Shown in pieces: positions 45,801 through 58,700 of a stretch of DNA of 64,000 nt. The DNA comes from the human T2T-CHM13v2.0 reference genome, Homo sapiens. The stretch's first letter is position 1, and each line of letters starts with the position of its first letter. A program made the translations under genes and the position numbers. The notes below the pieces were generated by a model. That model was given only the letters and a program-made list of their open reading frames with translations, had not been told where the DNA came from and did not search any database. The stretch lies in assembly GCF_009914755.1 (NCBI RefSeq), contig NC_060947.1. The stretch is one strand, 5' to 3'.

Positions 45801-46954
45801 ACATGGAGAAAACCAGCAAAAGGCAGAAGGGCAAAGAGGAGGGGTGGAGAGAGGGGTGGGAGCAGGATGGGAGCTGGGGCCAGGGATCTGGCCTGAGGCG
45901 TCCCAGCTGTGGCTGACTCCTGGTCCCCACTTGCTCCTCCCTGCCTTTGTCTCCCTCTCCCAGCCTTTTTCCTTCAGGGCCCACAGAGGAAAAGCAACAC
46001 CATCTGTATAGCAAAATAGGGGGAGGGGCCCTGGAGGCTAGGGCCTCCTCAGGCCTCACTTTGCCTCCCTGAGGGCTGAGGGGGTGAGCACCCCCAGAGA
46101 CCTATAACACATGTGGCACAACAATAATTGGGAGGCTCTGTCCCCAAACACTGCTGCTTGGGATGATCCCAGCCTGTTGCCAGAGCAAGTCCGCAGCTGG
46201 GAGGGAGGGCTCCAGAATCCTAGTTTGGCCCTCGCCTTTCTCCTTGGGTCCTCAGTTTCCCCAGGGTTTTATTGATGGCCCAGCATGCCTAGCCCACTAG
46301 CCGGGAAGCCATAAGGAAAAGGACCCAGGGCCATTGTGAGGCCCATCAGGCCCCTTCAGTTGGCTCTGAGTAAAGGTGGTCAACCTTCCCCACTTCCTCC
46401 TGGACCTATCTGCACACCTGCCTCCTGCACCCTCTGCCCTGTCCTTACTCTCACTGAGGCCGCACCATCCTGACGTGCTGCCTCCTTCCAGCCACCACCT
46501 GTCCATCAACCCGAAGTTCCAATCCCTCCCTTCTCAGCCAACCAGGCCCAGGGAAGCCAGGCTTCCGGGCAAGAGTTCAAAACCTCCATAGCTGCCACCT
46601 GCCCAAGCCCAGGGAAGGGTCCTCGGGCCCCCCAAGGAAGCTTCTTCCTGCCATCCAAGCTTTTTCTACTAGTCCGGCTAGGCTGTACAAGGTCTGCTGA
46701 GCCAGCCCTTCTCTGCTCTCCTTTGCAGGCCTGGATCAGGCAATGGCCAGGGTGAGGGTGCCTCCCTCCCAGCCAAGATACTTCCCACATTTTACCCAGC
46801 AATCTGGGAGCCTCTAGCCATATCTTCTCCTCTGGGCCCCACAAGTCAGGGGCAGTGCCAGCTCAGCCACCAGCCAGCAGCCCTGCCCTAGGCTCTAGAT
46901 AGGACTCTAAAGCTCCCCATGCTTTAGGGAGGTGAGCTTTCAGGTTCCAGGCCA

Positions 46955-46956
<2 letters not shown>

Positions 46957-47006
<50 letters not shown>
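46957..47006. repeat. (GT)n microsatellite
   Basis: about 25 perfect units. Confidence 0.97.
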
Positions 47007-47009
<3 letters not shown>

Positions 47010-48054
47010 TCTGTCTGTCTTACATCCTAGCAGTAGAGCACTCCCAGAGCCATGATCTTTCCATTGGGAAGGAAGGTGACAGGCTCTGCTCTCAGAGGGC
47101 CTGAGGACAATATTTGGCCTGGTTAAGTGGAACAGCTGCTTCAGACCAGGAGAAAAGAATTCTCCATCCCAGCCAAAATGTCTCTATTTAGGGGGTTATA
47201 GGATGTGAGGAGAGGTCCAAAGCCCATTTACTCACTTCCTGGGAGGGCAGACAGACCAGAACATTCTTCATGACATGGGAAAAGGGCTGCCTCATCCTAG
47301 CCCCTCTGCCCTGCAGAGGCTGGCATGGTGGCCCTCCTGGATGGTTAGGTCACTCAGGGATGGCATGGAAGGGAGACAGGTCCCAAAGGATGCAGAGAAG
47401 TGACCTATGCCAGCCTCTTTCTACAAGTAGGAGCCTTCTACATGTTTTCTGCCCGCTGTCAGCCCATATTTGGTCCCTTGGCTGGCATTTGTTCCCCAGT
47501 TTGAGCTGTAACCCAGTCACCAAAGGAGGACCCATGCAGTCTGATCACCAAGCCTAAGTTGAAACACTATTCCCATTCTCTCTACGCATTTCATACCTTG
47601 GAACATCGAGGCCCAGTCAGTAGGAATGGCTGGGTCACATCTCACTCAGTAGAGGCAGGGCCTTCAGAGGCCCCAAGTGACCAGAGTCTTCAGTTTTCCT
47701 AAATAAGTGTCACCAGCAGTGGAGAGAAGTCCCCAAGTCCCATCCCAGGACTCACTCAGCATGGCTATGGCCTTTATCTTTGTAGCGCATGTACCCACAG
47801 GATGCCCGTGTGGCACCTGCCCGGTAGCCAACTGACTTTCTTTCTTTCAAAGAGTCAGTGTAATATTGAAAAAAGAAATCAAGTTTGTGACTCCTGGGTT
47901 TGAATCTAAGATCTGCCATTTCCTAACTGTGTGACATTAAGCAAGTCCTTTAACCTCTGTGAGCCTCCACTTTCTCAACTACCAAAATGAAGGTAATTAC
48001 TACTGCCTGCCTGCCCTGCCTACCTTGCGAGCCCCACATCAGGGAGGGGGTGTT

Positions 48055-48290
48055 GGTCATTTACTTGTCCACTGAAAAAAGACTAATCAGGCACCTACTA
48101 TGAAAAAAGACTAATCAAGCACCTACTATGTGCCAGACACTGTTCTGGGGCATTAGGGTGCTGCAGTGAAGAGAAGAGACAAAGTCCCTGCCTTTGAAGA
48201 GTGCCCTTTCTAGAGAGGAGAGACAGTCAGTAAACAACAAATATCTAATATAACATCAGCTGTGATAAGTCCTATAAAGACATGGCCAAA
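48055..48290 (-). mobile_element. L2 3' end with a 28-bp tandem duplication
   Basis: gcacctactatgtgccagacactgttctggg...acaaagtccctgcc; unit tgaaaaaagactaatca(g/a)gcacctacta x2 at 48073-48128. Confidence 0.8.
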
Positions 48291-49369
48291 TGAGGGGGCA
48301 GAGGGTGATGGCAGTGGTGCCCTGGCTCTGACTGCCTCATCTTTCTGCCCACCGGATGCTGACAGAGCTGCCTTCTCCAGCGTCCACGTGGCTCCTTCCT
48401 TATGAGTGGCCTAGCCAGGCAGGCAGAGCAGGACTGATCTGGAAACCCAGTGGCCTGGCCTATTTCTGTCCCAGGGCCCTGGCACTGATCCAGCCCAGAT
48501 CCCAGCCTCCCTCGCTTCCCCAGCTCCAGTTGAGTTGGGCAGAATCCCATCTCTGCTCTTCCGTCCCACCAATCTCTGCAGCCACCTCCCAGCAGCCAGC
48601 CTGGGCAGTCCCTTCAGCCTGGTTCCCTCCCCCCAGCTCCCCATAGATGCGTCCCCGCCCTCACCCTGTCTCCTACACTGGGTGCAATTGGGGCTGCCTC
48701 CCTCCTCCACCCACGAGCTGGAAGGCAGCCCCTCAGAAGCAGCTGGGGCTCCACTGAGCTGGTACTAATGCTATCTCCTACGAGGAGGGAGGAATGAAAT
48801 GGTCTTGGCTTCTCAGAGGCCCTCAAGAGCTCAGCCCTTCCTCCACCAGCCTCCTTGCCCGGGCTCCGCAGGACACAGTGGTCTGGTGGGGGATGGGTCA
48901 CTCCAGGCAACAGAGGGAGGTTGGGGTGTCCTCAAACTAAGAAGAGGCTGAAGTGGCAGAGCAAAGGGATTTCTCCACTGGGCCCCACACCTCTCTGGGC
49001 CTTCCCTCGGCAGATATGTCCTGGGACTAGGGGCAGCTCTTATTGTCCCTTTTAAATGTGTTTACATTTCCGTTTTGATGATTTAACATTGATGAGGCCA
49101 CTATGTACTGATGAAATTTTTGAGAGTTTTTTTTTTTTCTGTTTGCAAAAGTTAATCAGGCTCATTACAGAAAGTTTGGGAGGTACAAAAAAGTATAAGG
49201 AAGACAAAAATAACATTTCCCACACCTAACTATCCAGATATAATTCCTGTTCACATTTTGGTTTATTACCTGCTGCCATTTGTCTATGCCTATCTCCAGA
49301 GCCCTGTGTAGCTATATTAATACCTATACACACAGATACATTTTAACATACTTGAGAATATATATGCTA

Positions 49370-49625
49370 ACAACAGTTAACACTTATTGTATGCCTACTG
49401 TATGCCAGACCCTATTTTCTGCACTTCACATGTATTAGCGAATTATTCTTCCCAACAACCTTAGAGGTAGGCATGATTATTAAGCCCATTTTATTTCTAA
49501 GGAGACTGGGGTAAAGGGAGGTTGAATGTCCAACCCAAGGTCATGCATCTAGTAAATGGCAAAGCTGCAAAATTAACACAGACCGTCTTGACTTCTGGAA
49601 TCTGGGTGTTTAATGATAGACTGCC
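49370..49625 (-). mobile_element. MIR SINE (source of the local duplication)
   Basis: MIR-like sequence extends on both sides of the duplicated core. Confidence 0.85.
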
Positions 49626-50966
49626 TTAAAATTTTTTAAATGATAAAATATATTATACATACAAAAGAATGTATGTAACGCTAACACTGTTTAAAGGCTG
49701 GGAATAAGGTGAGCATCTGTGGTATCACTGACCAGGTTATGAAATAGAGCATTACCATGGGAGTGTTTTGTTTTCTTTCTGCTTCACCAGATATCAGGCA
49801 CGTGTTTCTATATCCCTCCAAATTTTCAGATAATGTGGCTCATTACTGTCTAATAATGAAGTTTCTTCCCCACAGGCCTCCAAAACCTCCCTGATAGCTT
49901 CATCTGCCAAAGACTCCTGGTGAGCCACTGGGGTGCACTTCTCTAGCCCTTCCAGGATGGGCCCCAGGACACACAAAGGCTGGCTGGCTGGGATTGGTGG
50001 AGGCACAGGCAGCCCTGCACACAGCCTGCCTCTCCTGGCATCAGGTACCATCTCAGCCCTGCAGGCACAATTTTTATCTTGCTGATGTCCACTGGCCAGT
50101 CCTGCTGACAGATGGGGGAGGACAGGAAGAAGGGGTGAGGAGAGGAAGGGAGGAAGTGTGAGCTCGCTGAGATGGGGCCTAAAAGGCACTGAGAGCGCAT
50201 AGGCTGGCTGTTCTCTCCGGCTCAGCAATAGGACCCAACATGGGGGTGTTTCCTTCAAACCTTAGAGATAGATACTAAGCACCCCCATCCCAACGGCTGG
50301 ATGGCATTCATTCGTCCTTTCCTTCAACATTTTTTCCTTGGACATCTACTATATACAGTGCTGCGTTCTGGGGCACAGTGGCAGAGGAGACAGACACCAT
50401 TGCCTCCCTCCTGGAGGGTTTAGTCAGTGGGGGCTGGGGTACAAATGTTCAATGACTAATAATCAAATAAAGATTTAGTTACAGTTAGGATGAGTACTCT
50501 GAAGGGGAGGTGCAGGCTGCTAGGAGGGCATATGACAGAGGTTCGTGACCTAGCCTGGGGGTCAGGTCTGGGTCGGGGAAGCCCTTAAGAACCTGGCCTA
50601 CCTCCCCTCCTGCAGGCAATGAGTGGATGGACGTGGGAAGGGCAGACACAGCTCCTATCCACCTGAAGTCACTTTCAAGAGCCAGAGTCTGCTGGCTGGT
50701 GGCCCTCGACTTTGGCCAAGCTGAACTGGGTGGTTTTTCTCTCTTCTCCATTATTCTACACTCACTGCTAGGGGAAGGCTTGGCCCTGCTTCTTTGCTGT
50801 GTCCTCCAGGCTAGTGGCAGATTCTCTGAATGAGCCTGCTGAGCAACCATCAAGGCACAAACTGCCTCAGTGAAGCACCACTTAGGTGACTGGGCACGAG
50901 GGTGCCAGGGCCTACCCACACTCAGGCTCTCCTGTGGGCCCGGCCCATGTGGCCTTGATCCTCACA

Positions 50967-51164
50967 GTATGCCAGACCCTATTTTCTGCACTTCACATGC
51001 ATTAACAGAATTATTCTTCCCAACAACCTTAGAGGTAGGCATAATTATTAAGCCCATTTTATTTCTAAGGAAACTGAGGTAAGGGAAGTTAAATGTCCAA
51101 CCCAAGGTCATGCATCTAGTAAGTGGCAAAGCTGGAAAATTAACACAGACCGTCTTGACTTCTG
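50967..51164 (-). repeat. local duplicate of 49400-49597
   Basis: 198 bp, about 11 differences by hand alignment. Confidence 0.93.
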
Positions 51165-51404
51165 ACCCAGGCTCAGCTTTTGCCCTACCTGGGAGCCTCT
51201 TCTCCCTACTCTGCCCCCATGTAAGTGCCTGGGCCCTGAGGAGAGGACACTAGCCTTCCCTCTGTTCCTGAGGACACTGGGAAAAGAAAGGCTGAAAGGC
51301 TGGTGTCCAGGGCCAAGCCTGACTCGCCTTTGGGGCCCCAGAGTGCAGAATGAGGTCTCTCCCTCCTCTTGCCCATCCAGCCATCCTTCTGGAAAGTGTT
51401 GAGC

Positions 51405-51660
51405 CCAATGCATAGTGGTTAAGACACAGGCTCCTTTGCCAGGTGGCCAGGGTTTGAATCGTGGTTGTGCCACTTACTAGTTATGTGGCCTTGGGCAAGT
51501 TACCTAAGCATTCTAACCTCATTGTCTCATCTGTCAAATGGGGATGAAGATGGTGGTAACTATATCATAGGGTTGGCACAAAGATTAAACAGATTGTTTG
51601 CAAAGTGCTTAGGACAGCACTTGACACTAAAGAGTAAATATAATGATTGGCTGTTTGTAG
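51405..51660 (+). mobile_element. MIR SINE
   Basis: gcatagtggttaag...ccacttactagttatgtggccttgggcaagttacc. Confidence 0.85.
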
Positions 51661-52524
51661 TTTTGCTGTCTCCCAGGGCCTGAGGTGACAGACAAGTGTT
51701 GCTCTGAGTCTTGCTTTGGACATTTCCAAGCAAAGTTATTGCCTTTGAGTGTGGAGGCTGAGAATAGTTGATTTTTTTTGCCTTGTCAGAGATCCATAGA
51801 GCCTGCAGCTGAAAAAACCCCAGAAACCATCCAGACCAGCCACTAACATCCCCCTACCTCCCACCCTTGCTCAATGAATGAGAAACTGAGGTCCAAGAAG
51901 GAGGCAGGACTGGCCCAATGTCACAGACAGTAACAGCAAAGGGGCTATGAACTTGACCTTTTAGTCACAGCTCTAGTCTAGCCTGGTTGCTAAGTAGTCA
52001 AGCTTGGATTCAAACCTGGGCTTTGGCACTTGAGAGTACTTAATGACTGTGTCCCTTAAGCAAGGGCTTTAACTCATAGGAGCCTCAGTTTCCTCATCTG
52101 TTAAATGGGGATGATAATATCTACCTCACAGGCTTGTTGAGAGGATGAAGTGGAACAACGCATGTAAGTGCTCACTGTGGGGCCTGGCATAGAGTAATGC
52201 ATGTTTGTTAACATTCTTGGCTCAAGGGCTCTTTCACTGCACCAGCCTGCAGGTGCTGATGCCCAGGTGATGCCCACTGTGCAGGCCAGGCAGACCCAAG
52301 GGCTCACCAACTGACACCGTGCCCCTCTGACCAGGTCATTCTTCCCCTCTGGTCTCAGGCCCTCTGTGCCTGCTGTTAAGGCAGCCTGACTGGCTCAAAC
52401 TGGACTTATCAAGGGCCAGGCTGGCTTAGACACACTTGAGTCGAAGGACACAAGTGATGCCAGGCAGTGGTGTGGTGGTTTCATTCATTCTCCCTGCCCT
52501 AGGGAGAAAACACGGCTTTCTCTG

Positions 52525-52839
52525 TATTTGTTTGTGTTTGTTTTTGTTTTTTTTTTAGAGGCAGAGTCTTGCTCTGTCATCCAGGCTGGTGTGCAGTGAC
52601 ATAAACATAGCTCACTGCAGCCTTGAACTCCTGGGCTCAAGTGATCCTCCTGCCTCAGCTTCCTGGCTAACTGAGACTACAGGCACATGCCACAATGCCT
52701 GGCTAATTTTTTATTTTTAATTTTTGTAAAGACAGATGTCTCCCTGCCCAGGCTGTTCTCAAACTCTAGGCCTCAAGCAATCCTCCTGCTTCAGCCTCCC
52801 AAATGCTAGGACTACAGGCGTGAACTACCACGCATGGCC
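52525..52839 (-). mobile_element. AluJ-like SINE
   Basis: antisense dimer with catagctcactgcagccttgaactcctgggctcaag (J diagnostic). Confidence 0.93.
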
Positions 52840-53002
52840 AACTATGTGTTCTTTTTTATGCTGGGGCTGGCTGGAGACCCAGCTTCCTCAGATGCCCTTT
52901 CTGGGGTCCCTTTGAGCCAGTGCTGGTCCCCTCAGAGGCCAGCTCACAGGCCAGGAGGAGTCAGAGCCATTTGACCAACAGGCAGACACAGAATGCTTGT
53001 TC

Positions 53003-53190
53003 CAGCAGTTCTCCACCCTGTATATTAGGCTCATCATGCTGGGAGCTCTGAAAATGCCCATGCATGGGCTCTATCCCCTAGACTCTACTTTAATTAACCT
53101 GAACTGGGTCTGGGACACAGACATTGTGTAGAAGCTCCACACATGTTGAGTTTGACAGAGATGCAGCCAGGGGAGTGAGCACCTGTGCAG
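53003..53190. mobile_element. MER5-like DNA transposon
   Basis: cagcagttctcca...tgggagctctgaaaatgcccatg...atgcagccagg. Confidence 0.6.
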
Positions 53191-53944
53191 TAGGTGATTC
53201 CAAGATGCTTCAGCTGAGGTTCTTGGCCTCACGAGGCTCCCTGGCTAGTGGGAAGATAAGACAAGTAAGGAAACCATGACCAGACAAAAGGATGTACATA
53301 CTGACAGGGATAGAAAAGCATGCTGCTAGCACCAATGTGCTTTTCCTGGGCTACCTCACAAAGGAAGTGACATTTGAACTTGACTCATCCATGCAGTCAA
53401 CATTAAGGGACTATTTATTGAGCAGTTACTGTGCATCAAGATGGTTCCAGGTGTTGGGGGTGCAGCAATGCCCTCCTGCAGCTTCCATTCTAGCAAGGAT
53501 GCCCTGTGACGGGTCAGTGGGAATTTGGCAGGCAGGGAAGCTGGGGAAAGGTATTCCAGATAAATGAAATATCATGAGCAAATGGGTGGGAGAGAGGAGG
53601 CCTTGCTTTGACAACAAAGTTTGATATGGCCAAAGCCTTAGCATCAAAAGAGGAAGTGGTAAAAGAGAAGAGATCTGGATATGGCCCAGCTGATGGGAGT
53701 GGGTATGCATAGGCTCTGCTAAGGAGCTGGAATTTATACTGCAGACAACAGGAGCCATGGCAAGGCTGTGGGCAAAGGAGTGGCTTATGTTTAGAATCAT
53801 GACTCTGGGGCCATGTAGAAGAAGCTAGGTCGCTGGCCCATCCTAGGTGACTCTTCTGACCCTTCCTCAGTCAAGATCCTGAAGTGTTGATTTCCTCTTG
53901 AGGGAGGCCCCATGTGAGGCCAGGATTGGAGGCAACGAGCAATG

Positions 53945-54175
53945 AGCACAGCAGGCATCTGTTGAGTGCACTCTTCCAAGCACTGTGCAGGCATTAGCTC
54001 ATTTAATCCTCATGACAGCCACCCAGGTGGGCACCATCATCAGCCCCGTTTTGCAGATGGTAAAACTAAGGATCAGAGAAGTTAATCCATTTTCCCAAGG
54101 TCACATAGCTGGCCAGTACCAGAGCCGGGATTTGATTCCAGGCAGTTCACACTTTAAGCACTATACTACACTGCT
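53945..54175 (-). mobile_element. MIR SINE
   Basis: catttaatcctcatgacagcc...ttttgcagatggtaaaactaagg...cccaaggtcacatagc. Confidence 0.85.
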
Positions 54176-56494
54176 TCATAAAACACCTATTAACTTCAAG
54201 AGCTCTCAGTCTTGAAGGAATGCCATGGGGGTATCATCACCTCAATTCCTCCAGGAAGGCGAGGGGTACTCTAACCTCATGTTGAGATTGGGGTTTGTCC
54301 TCTTGAGTAGAAAGGCCCTCACTGGTGCAAGGCTGGTCCTGACCTGTTGGTAATTTCAGGCCTGGACCAAATGAGATCCTTCAGGCTGTGACCACCTTGC
54401 CAGTCTTGCCTGACACCCTTATGCTAAATGACTTCTCCTCAAACCTCTCTGGGGCAGTTTGGAGGAATACAAGAAGGATGTGTGGTCTTTCCACAACTGG
54501 CATGGTTCTTGACACAAAGCAGGGCAAGTTGGAAGTTGAATGAATAAATGAGTGAACAAATGAATGAATGGTGCATCGAGCTGAGCCCCCTCAGTGGCTC
54601 TTCGCAGGCAGTAGAGCATAGTGGTTAAGCATTGGCTTTTATGTCAAGACAGCCTAGGTTCAAATCCTGACTTGAATGATTACCAGCTAGGTGGCTGTTT
54701 CTGAATCTAGGTACCCCACCTCCTTCTTGGAGCTGTTTGAAGGGTAGAGATAAGAGCTATAAAGCACTTAAGATGGTCCCTGGCATACAATGAGCACTTA
54801 ATAATTAGCAGCTCATGTTGACTTTCTGGAAGCCTCTGAGAACCTAATAAGCACTTTGGACCATCTCCCTAGAATAATGCACCAAGCTGCCCAATTTTCC
54901 ATATAAGATCAGGGAACCTCTAAAGACTGGACCCCACCTTTAAGAGTCTGGCTCCAGATGCCCTCATATGAATGATATTGGGAAACACGGTGGTATTTGC
55001 CCTTCCCCTCTGCCTACTCCTGCCCTCAAGACCTTTGGAAAGGGGCAGTTTGGGAAGAGGAGTTCCCAAAGGCTTGGGGACAAGGGGAGGGGTCCCTTGC
55101 CACAATTCCCCCACAGCCATTGGCATCTTCAGTCTGTCTGACTCCACCCTCTCCTCCTGCCTCTAAAAGCCAGAGATGGGGTGGGTAAGGCTAGAGTGGC
55201 TACCGGCTTTAGATCAGCTTGGACAGGGGAGAGAGGTGGGGGGTTCAGGACACAATAAAGAACCCCAGCTGTTGAACAGCCACCCAGGCAGGCACGGGCT
55301 AGGAGACCTCCCCAACCGTCTTCTCCTTCACTGTGTAGATAAGACTGCATGTGTCTGAGGAGTTAATAGCCCCATTAGCAGATGAGACAGCAGGCTCAGA
55401 GACAGGGATGGGTGTGTGGGGGGAACAAGTGCAGGGCCCCTCAGCTCTTAAGTGATTGAGTTGTAAATGCAACCGGAGCCTGTCTCGTTCCAATGCCCTA
55501 TTCTCTGCTCCCCACCAGGTTGCCTCAGGGGAAAGGAATGGCTCCCAAGCCAGCTGAGCTCAGCCTCTCGTCCTGTAGGTGGGCATTCAGTGTAAAGGGC
55601 CTCAGATACCTAGGCATGGGCACCCACCTCCTGCCCTGTTCAGGTCTCAGGCAGGCTGTACTGGGAGCAGCAGCCACCCATCCAGAGTGGGTGGTGAAGC
55701 CGCAGCTGAGTTTATGAAGAGCAAAAGATGACTCCAGCTGCACAGGAAACTCAGTAACCCTGATTATGTGTTTATTCTTTCCCTTCCCTGCCTCCTGTGC
55801 CCTCCCTCCCACCTCCTTCTCTTCTTTCTTCCTGCCTCCTCCCTAGCTGCCTTTCCTCCTTCTATCGCCTCTCAAATCTGCCTGCTGCCAGCTGCCAGCT
55901 GCCCTCCACCCTCCTCTGCTCTTTTCCCAGCCTCATCCCGGCCAGCTGGTTCTACATGGCCCCTTGTTCTTCCCCTCCAGAGGCAGGGGCTGCCCAAGTA
56001 CCACACAAAGAGGCACCAAACTTCCATCCCTCTGGTAGAGAGCCACAAAGCTAGAGGCAGCCCTAAAGGTGAGCTTGTCCAGCCCTACTCTCCCCTTTTT
56101 TTATAGATGAGGAGACTGAGGCCAGAGGGATGGAGTCAAACAGCTATAACAGAGCCAGAAGTAGAATTCCGGATGCCCATGGCAAGACTTCAGGGGCATC
56201 AGTGACATGATACCATGGGTGCTGGAGGAAGTGCCAGGGACTTGCCACCTCTGGGCCATGCTTCCACCAATAGGGCTCAGTACTAATGGACTCCCAGTCA
56301 ACTCCTTCTGTTTGCCAAGAATCCTAGAGCTACAGACTATCAGAGGCCACAGGACCCATTGAGGTCATCTAGTCCAACCACTCGTCATATTGGATCCAGG
56401 GGCAGGTGGGAGCAGACATCAACTGGCCTTAACCCTTGGCCCAGGAAGGAACATGGCACCAGACTCAGACATAGGAGCAAGTCAGAAGTGTAGA

Positions 56495-56735
56495 CACAGC
56501 ATAGCATTCCAGCCAGCCAGGGTTCGAATCCTAGTTTAACAGTGCATTGGTGGTGAGGCCTTGGACATGTTGCCTAATTCCTGTCTCTTAGTTTCCCACC
56601 TTACAAAATTGGGTGATCATAACACTTACCCCATAGGGTAGTTACGAAGATTGCATGGGTTAATACTTGTGAAGCACTCAGAATAGGGTCTGGCGCGTGG
56701 AAAGTGACACATACATTTTGGCGCTCACCATTATT
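56495..56735 (+). mobile_element. MIR SINE
   Basis: gggttcgaatcc B-box...cttagtttcccacc..aaaattggg...gaagcactcagaatagggtctggc. Confidence 0.8.
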
Positions 56736-56943
56736 CAACTTCATAAGGAACTCTTATATAGCCAACAAAAAAAAAGTGCCCAGTAAGAAGCCTCCATGGG
56801 CCTATTATAATGATTCACCAACAATCGAGATTGCCCAGTAGTAGGGCTGAGAGTGTCCACTGTAATGATGCAACAGGGAGGCTATTGCCCGAGACAGTCC
56901 TTGCAAGATTTACTTTACTGATTCACTCAGAACAGTTGGAAAC

Positions 56944-57027
56944 TATCAGGTTGAACTGTATGAAATTGTTAATATTTGACCACTTCTGACCTACAAAAAT
57001 GGTTATTTCACATGGTTTAGCCTAATA
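56944..57027. mobile_element. MADE2-like mariner MITE (palindromic)
   Basis: TA-flanked TIRs tcaggttgaactgtatgaaatt / atttcacatggtttagcctaa. Confidence 0.85.
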
Positions 57028-58479
57028 GCAAGGTTCATTTTGGGGTGGGTAAGGGATGGTTCAGCCTCCACTCATTTCTTACCTCTTCAGTTGAGGGAAG
57101 GGGGTTGCTAAGCATATTTGATTCATTTCTATAAAGAGTCAATAGGTGGTTTCTAGTAGGTGTTTCTAAAGTGCTTACAAACTGCTTCCTTGAGAAGTTG
57201 AAACTCCTCCTGGAACCAATTTTGCATTGTGAGAGACCTTGATATATAAAGCCAAGAGGGGATTTTAGCCAAAAAAAAAAAAAAAAGGAAAAAGAAAAAA
57301 GAAAAGCAACCTTTATTTTTAGCTGTCTGAAGATGAGTGGTGAGTAATCAATGATATCGATGTCATTTCTGGAAGTCCTGGAAGGCACCAGGGGCCACTG
57401 GAGATGGGTTTGAGACACTGGGATACTTCCCAGGCAACAGAGTAGAAGAAAAGGGGGCAGGTCACTGCCATCTCTGCCCTGGGATGGCTTCCAGGTTTGT
57501 GGAAAATGGCTCAGGGCAGAAGCATGTGTAGGGTGTGTATGCATCGTCTCTCATCTGTATGTTGCTGCTATTTTTAGTAGTATCAATGACATGCTATGTT
57601 CCCTCTGAACCTCAGTTTCTTCCCTATGAGCTCCAGGAAGTCAAAGACCACATCCGTCTTGTTATCACTGAATCCCCAGGACTTAGCACATTGCTGGGCA
57701 CAAGAAAGCATTCAATAAATATTTTCTGGATTGATTAATTTCTGGTTTCCAGGTGGAAACAATGACATCCTGTGAAAATTCTTTCCAAGAACTTGAAGTG
57801 GCACCCGAATGCCTGGGGATTTCATCAGTGTGGTGGCCGTGATGCTGATCAAGGCTCCCCAGAGCAGTTGGGGCCGGAGCTCTCAGAATGATGAAAGCCA
57901 CAGAAGAGGAAGCTGAAGGAGCAGGACACGGCCACTTTGGAGTCCACAAAATATTAGTCTGTGTCAGTAGCTCCACTGAAGTGTGACAAAACAAATTGAA
58001 TTTATCTGCAGCAAGAGGGATTTAGGTCAGACCTTCTAGACACTGTGGGGAGGTGAGGCAGGGTATAGACGTCCCTCCCTGAGCAAACAGAAAGCTTCAA
58101 TTCTCATCACACTACCCCTAACTACTTACTGGCAGTGGAGCTCCAGCTAATTCCTTCACCTCTCTGGGCCTCAGTTTCCCCATCTGTAGCTGGGGGTGGG
58201 GGGCAGCGGTAGACTCCACGGTCTCTACGGTTCCTTCTAGCTCTTAAAGTCTGGAATTCTGTCTGGAGGCTGGGCCGAGCTGGCATAACTTCAGAAGGCT
58301 GTAGACGGCCATAAAAGTGGTGGGATCCCTGGGGATGGAGAATCCTGCAGGGAAGCCCCCTCCCCCAGCCCTTCACCTCCTGCCCTTTTAACTGCTGCAA
58401 CCACAACCCTCCCCTGCTCTCCCAGGTTCCTCCTCCCCAAACCCCCACAGCTCTGTCTGGAGGCCCCATTCTCTGACCA

Positions 58480-58700
58480 GCTTTGTTTGCTTTTAATAAA
58501 GTTAATCGCACTCCTAATTTGTATGTAATGAAAAGATAAAAGGGAGACATGGGGGCGAACCTTCCATTGGAGTGGGAGCAGTCCAGGTCCAGGGCCGGCA
58601 GCCGCCTCCCCACCTCCGCCCTCACCACTGCCTTGCCCATCCCCGGAGTCTGAGCAGGCGCTGCTGTCTGGGCGCCAGCCCGGCCCAGTTGTCCCTGCAG
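58480..58700. promoter_or_regulatory. candidate regulatory element: AT-rich TF-motif block next to a small CpG-retaining GC patch
   Basis: TGTTTGC forkhead-like, TTAAT/CTAATT, TATGTAAT POU-like, AGATAA; followed by GC boxes. Confidence 0.35.
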
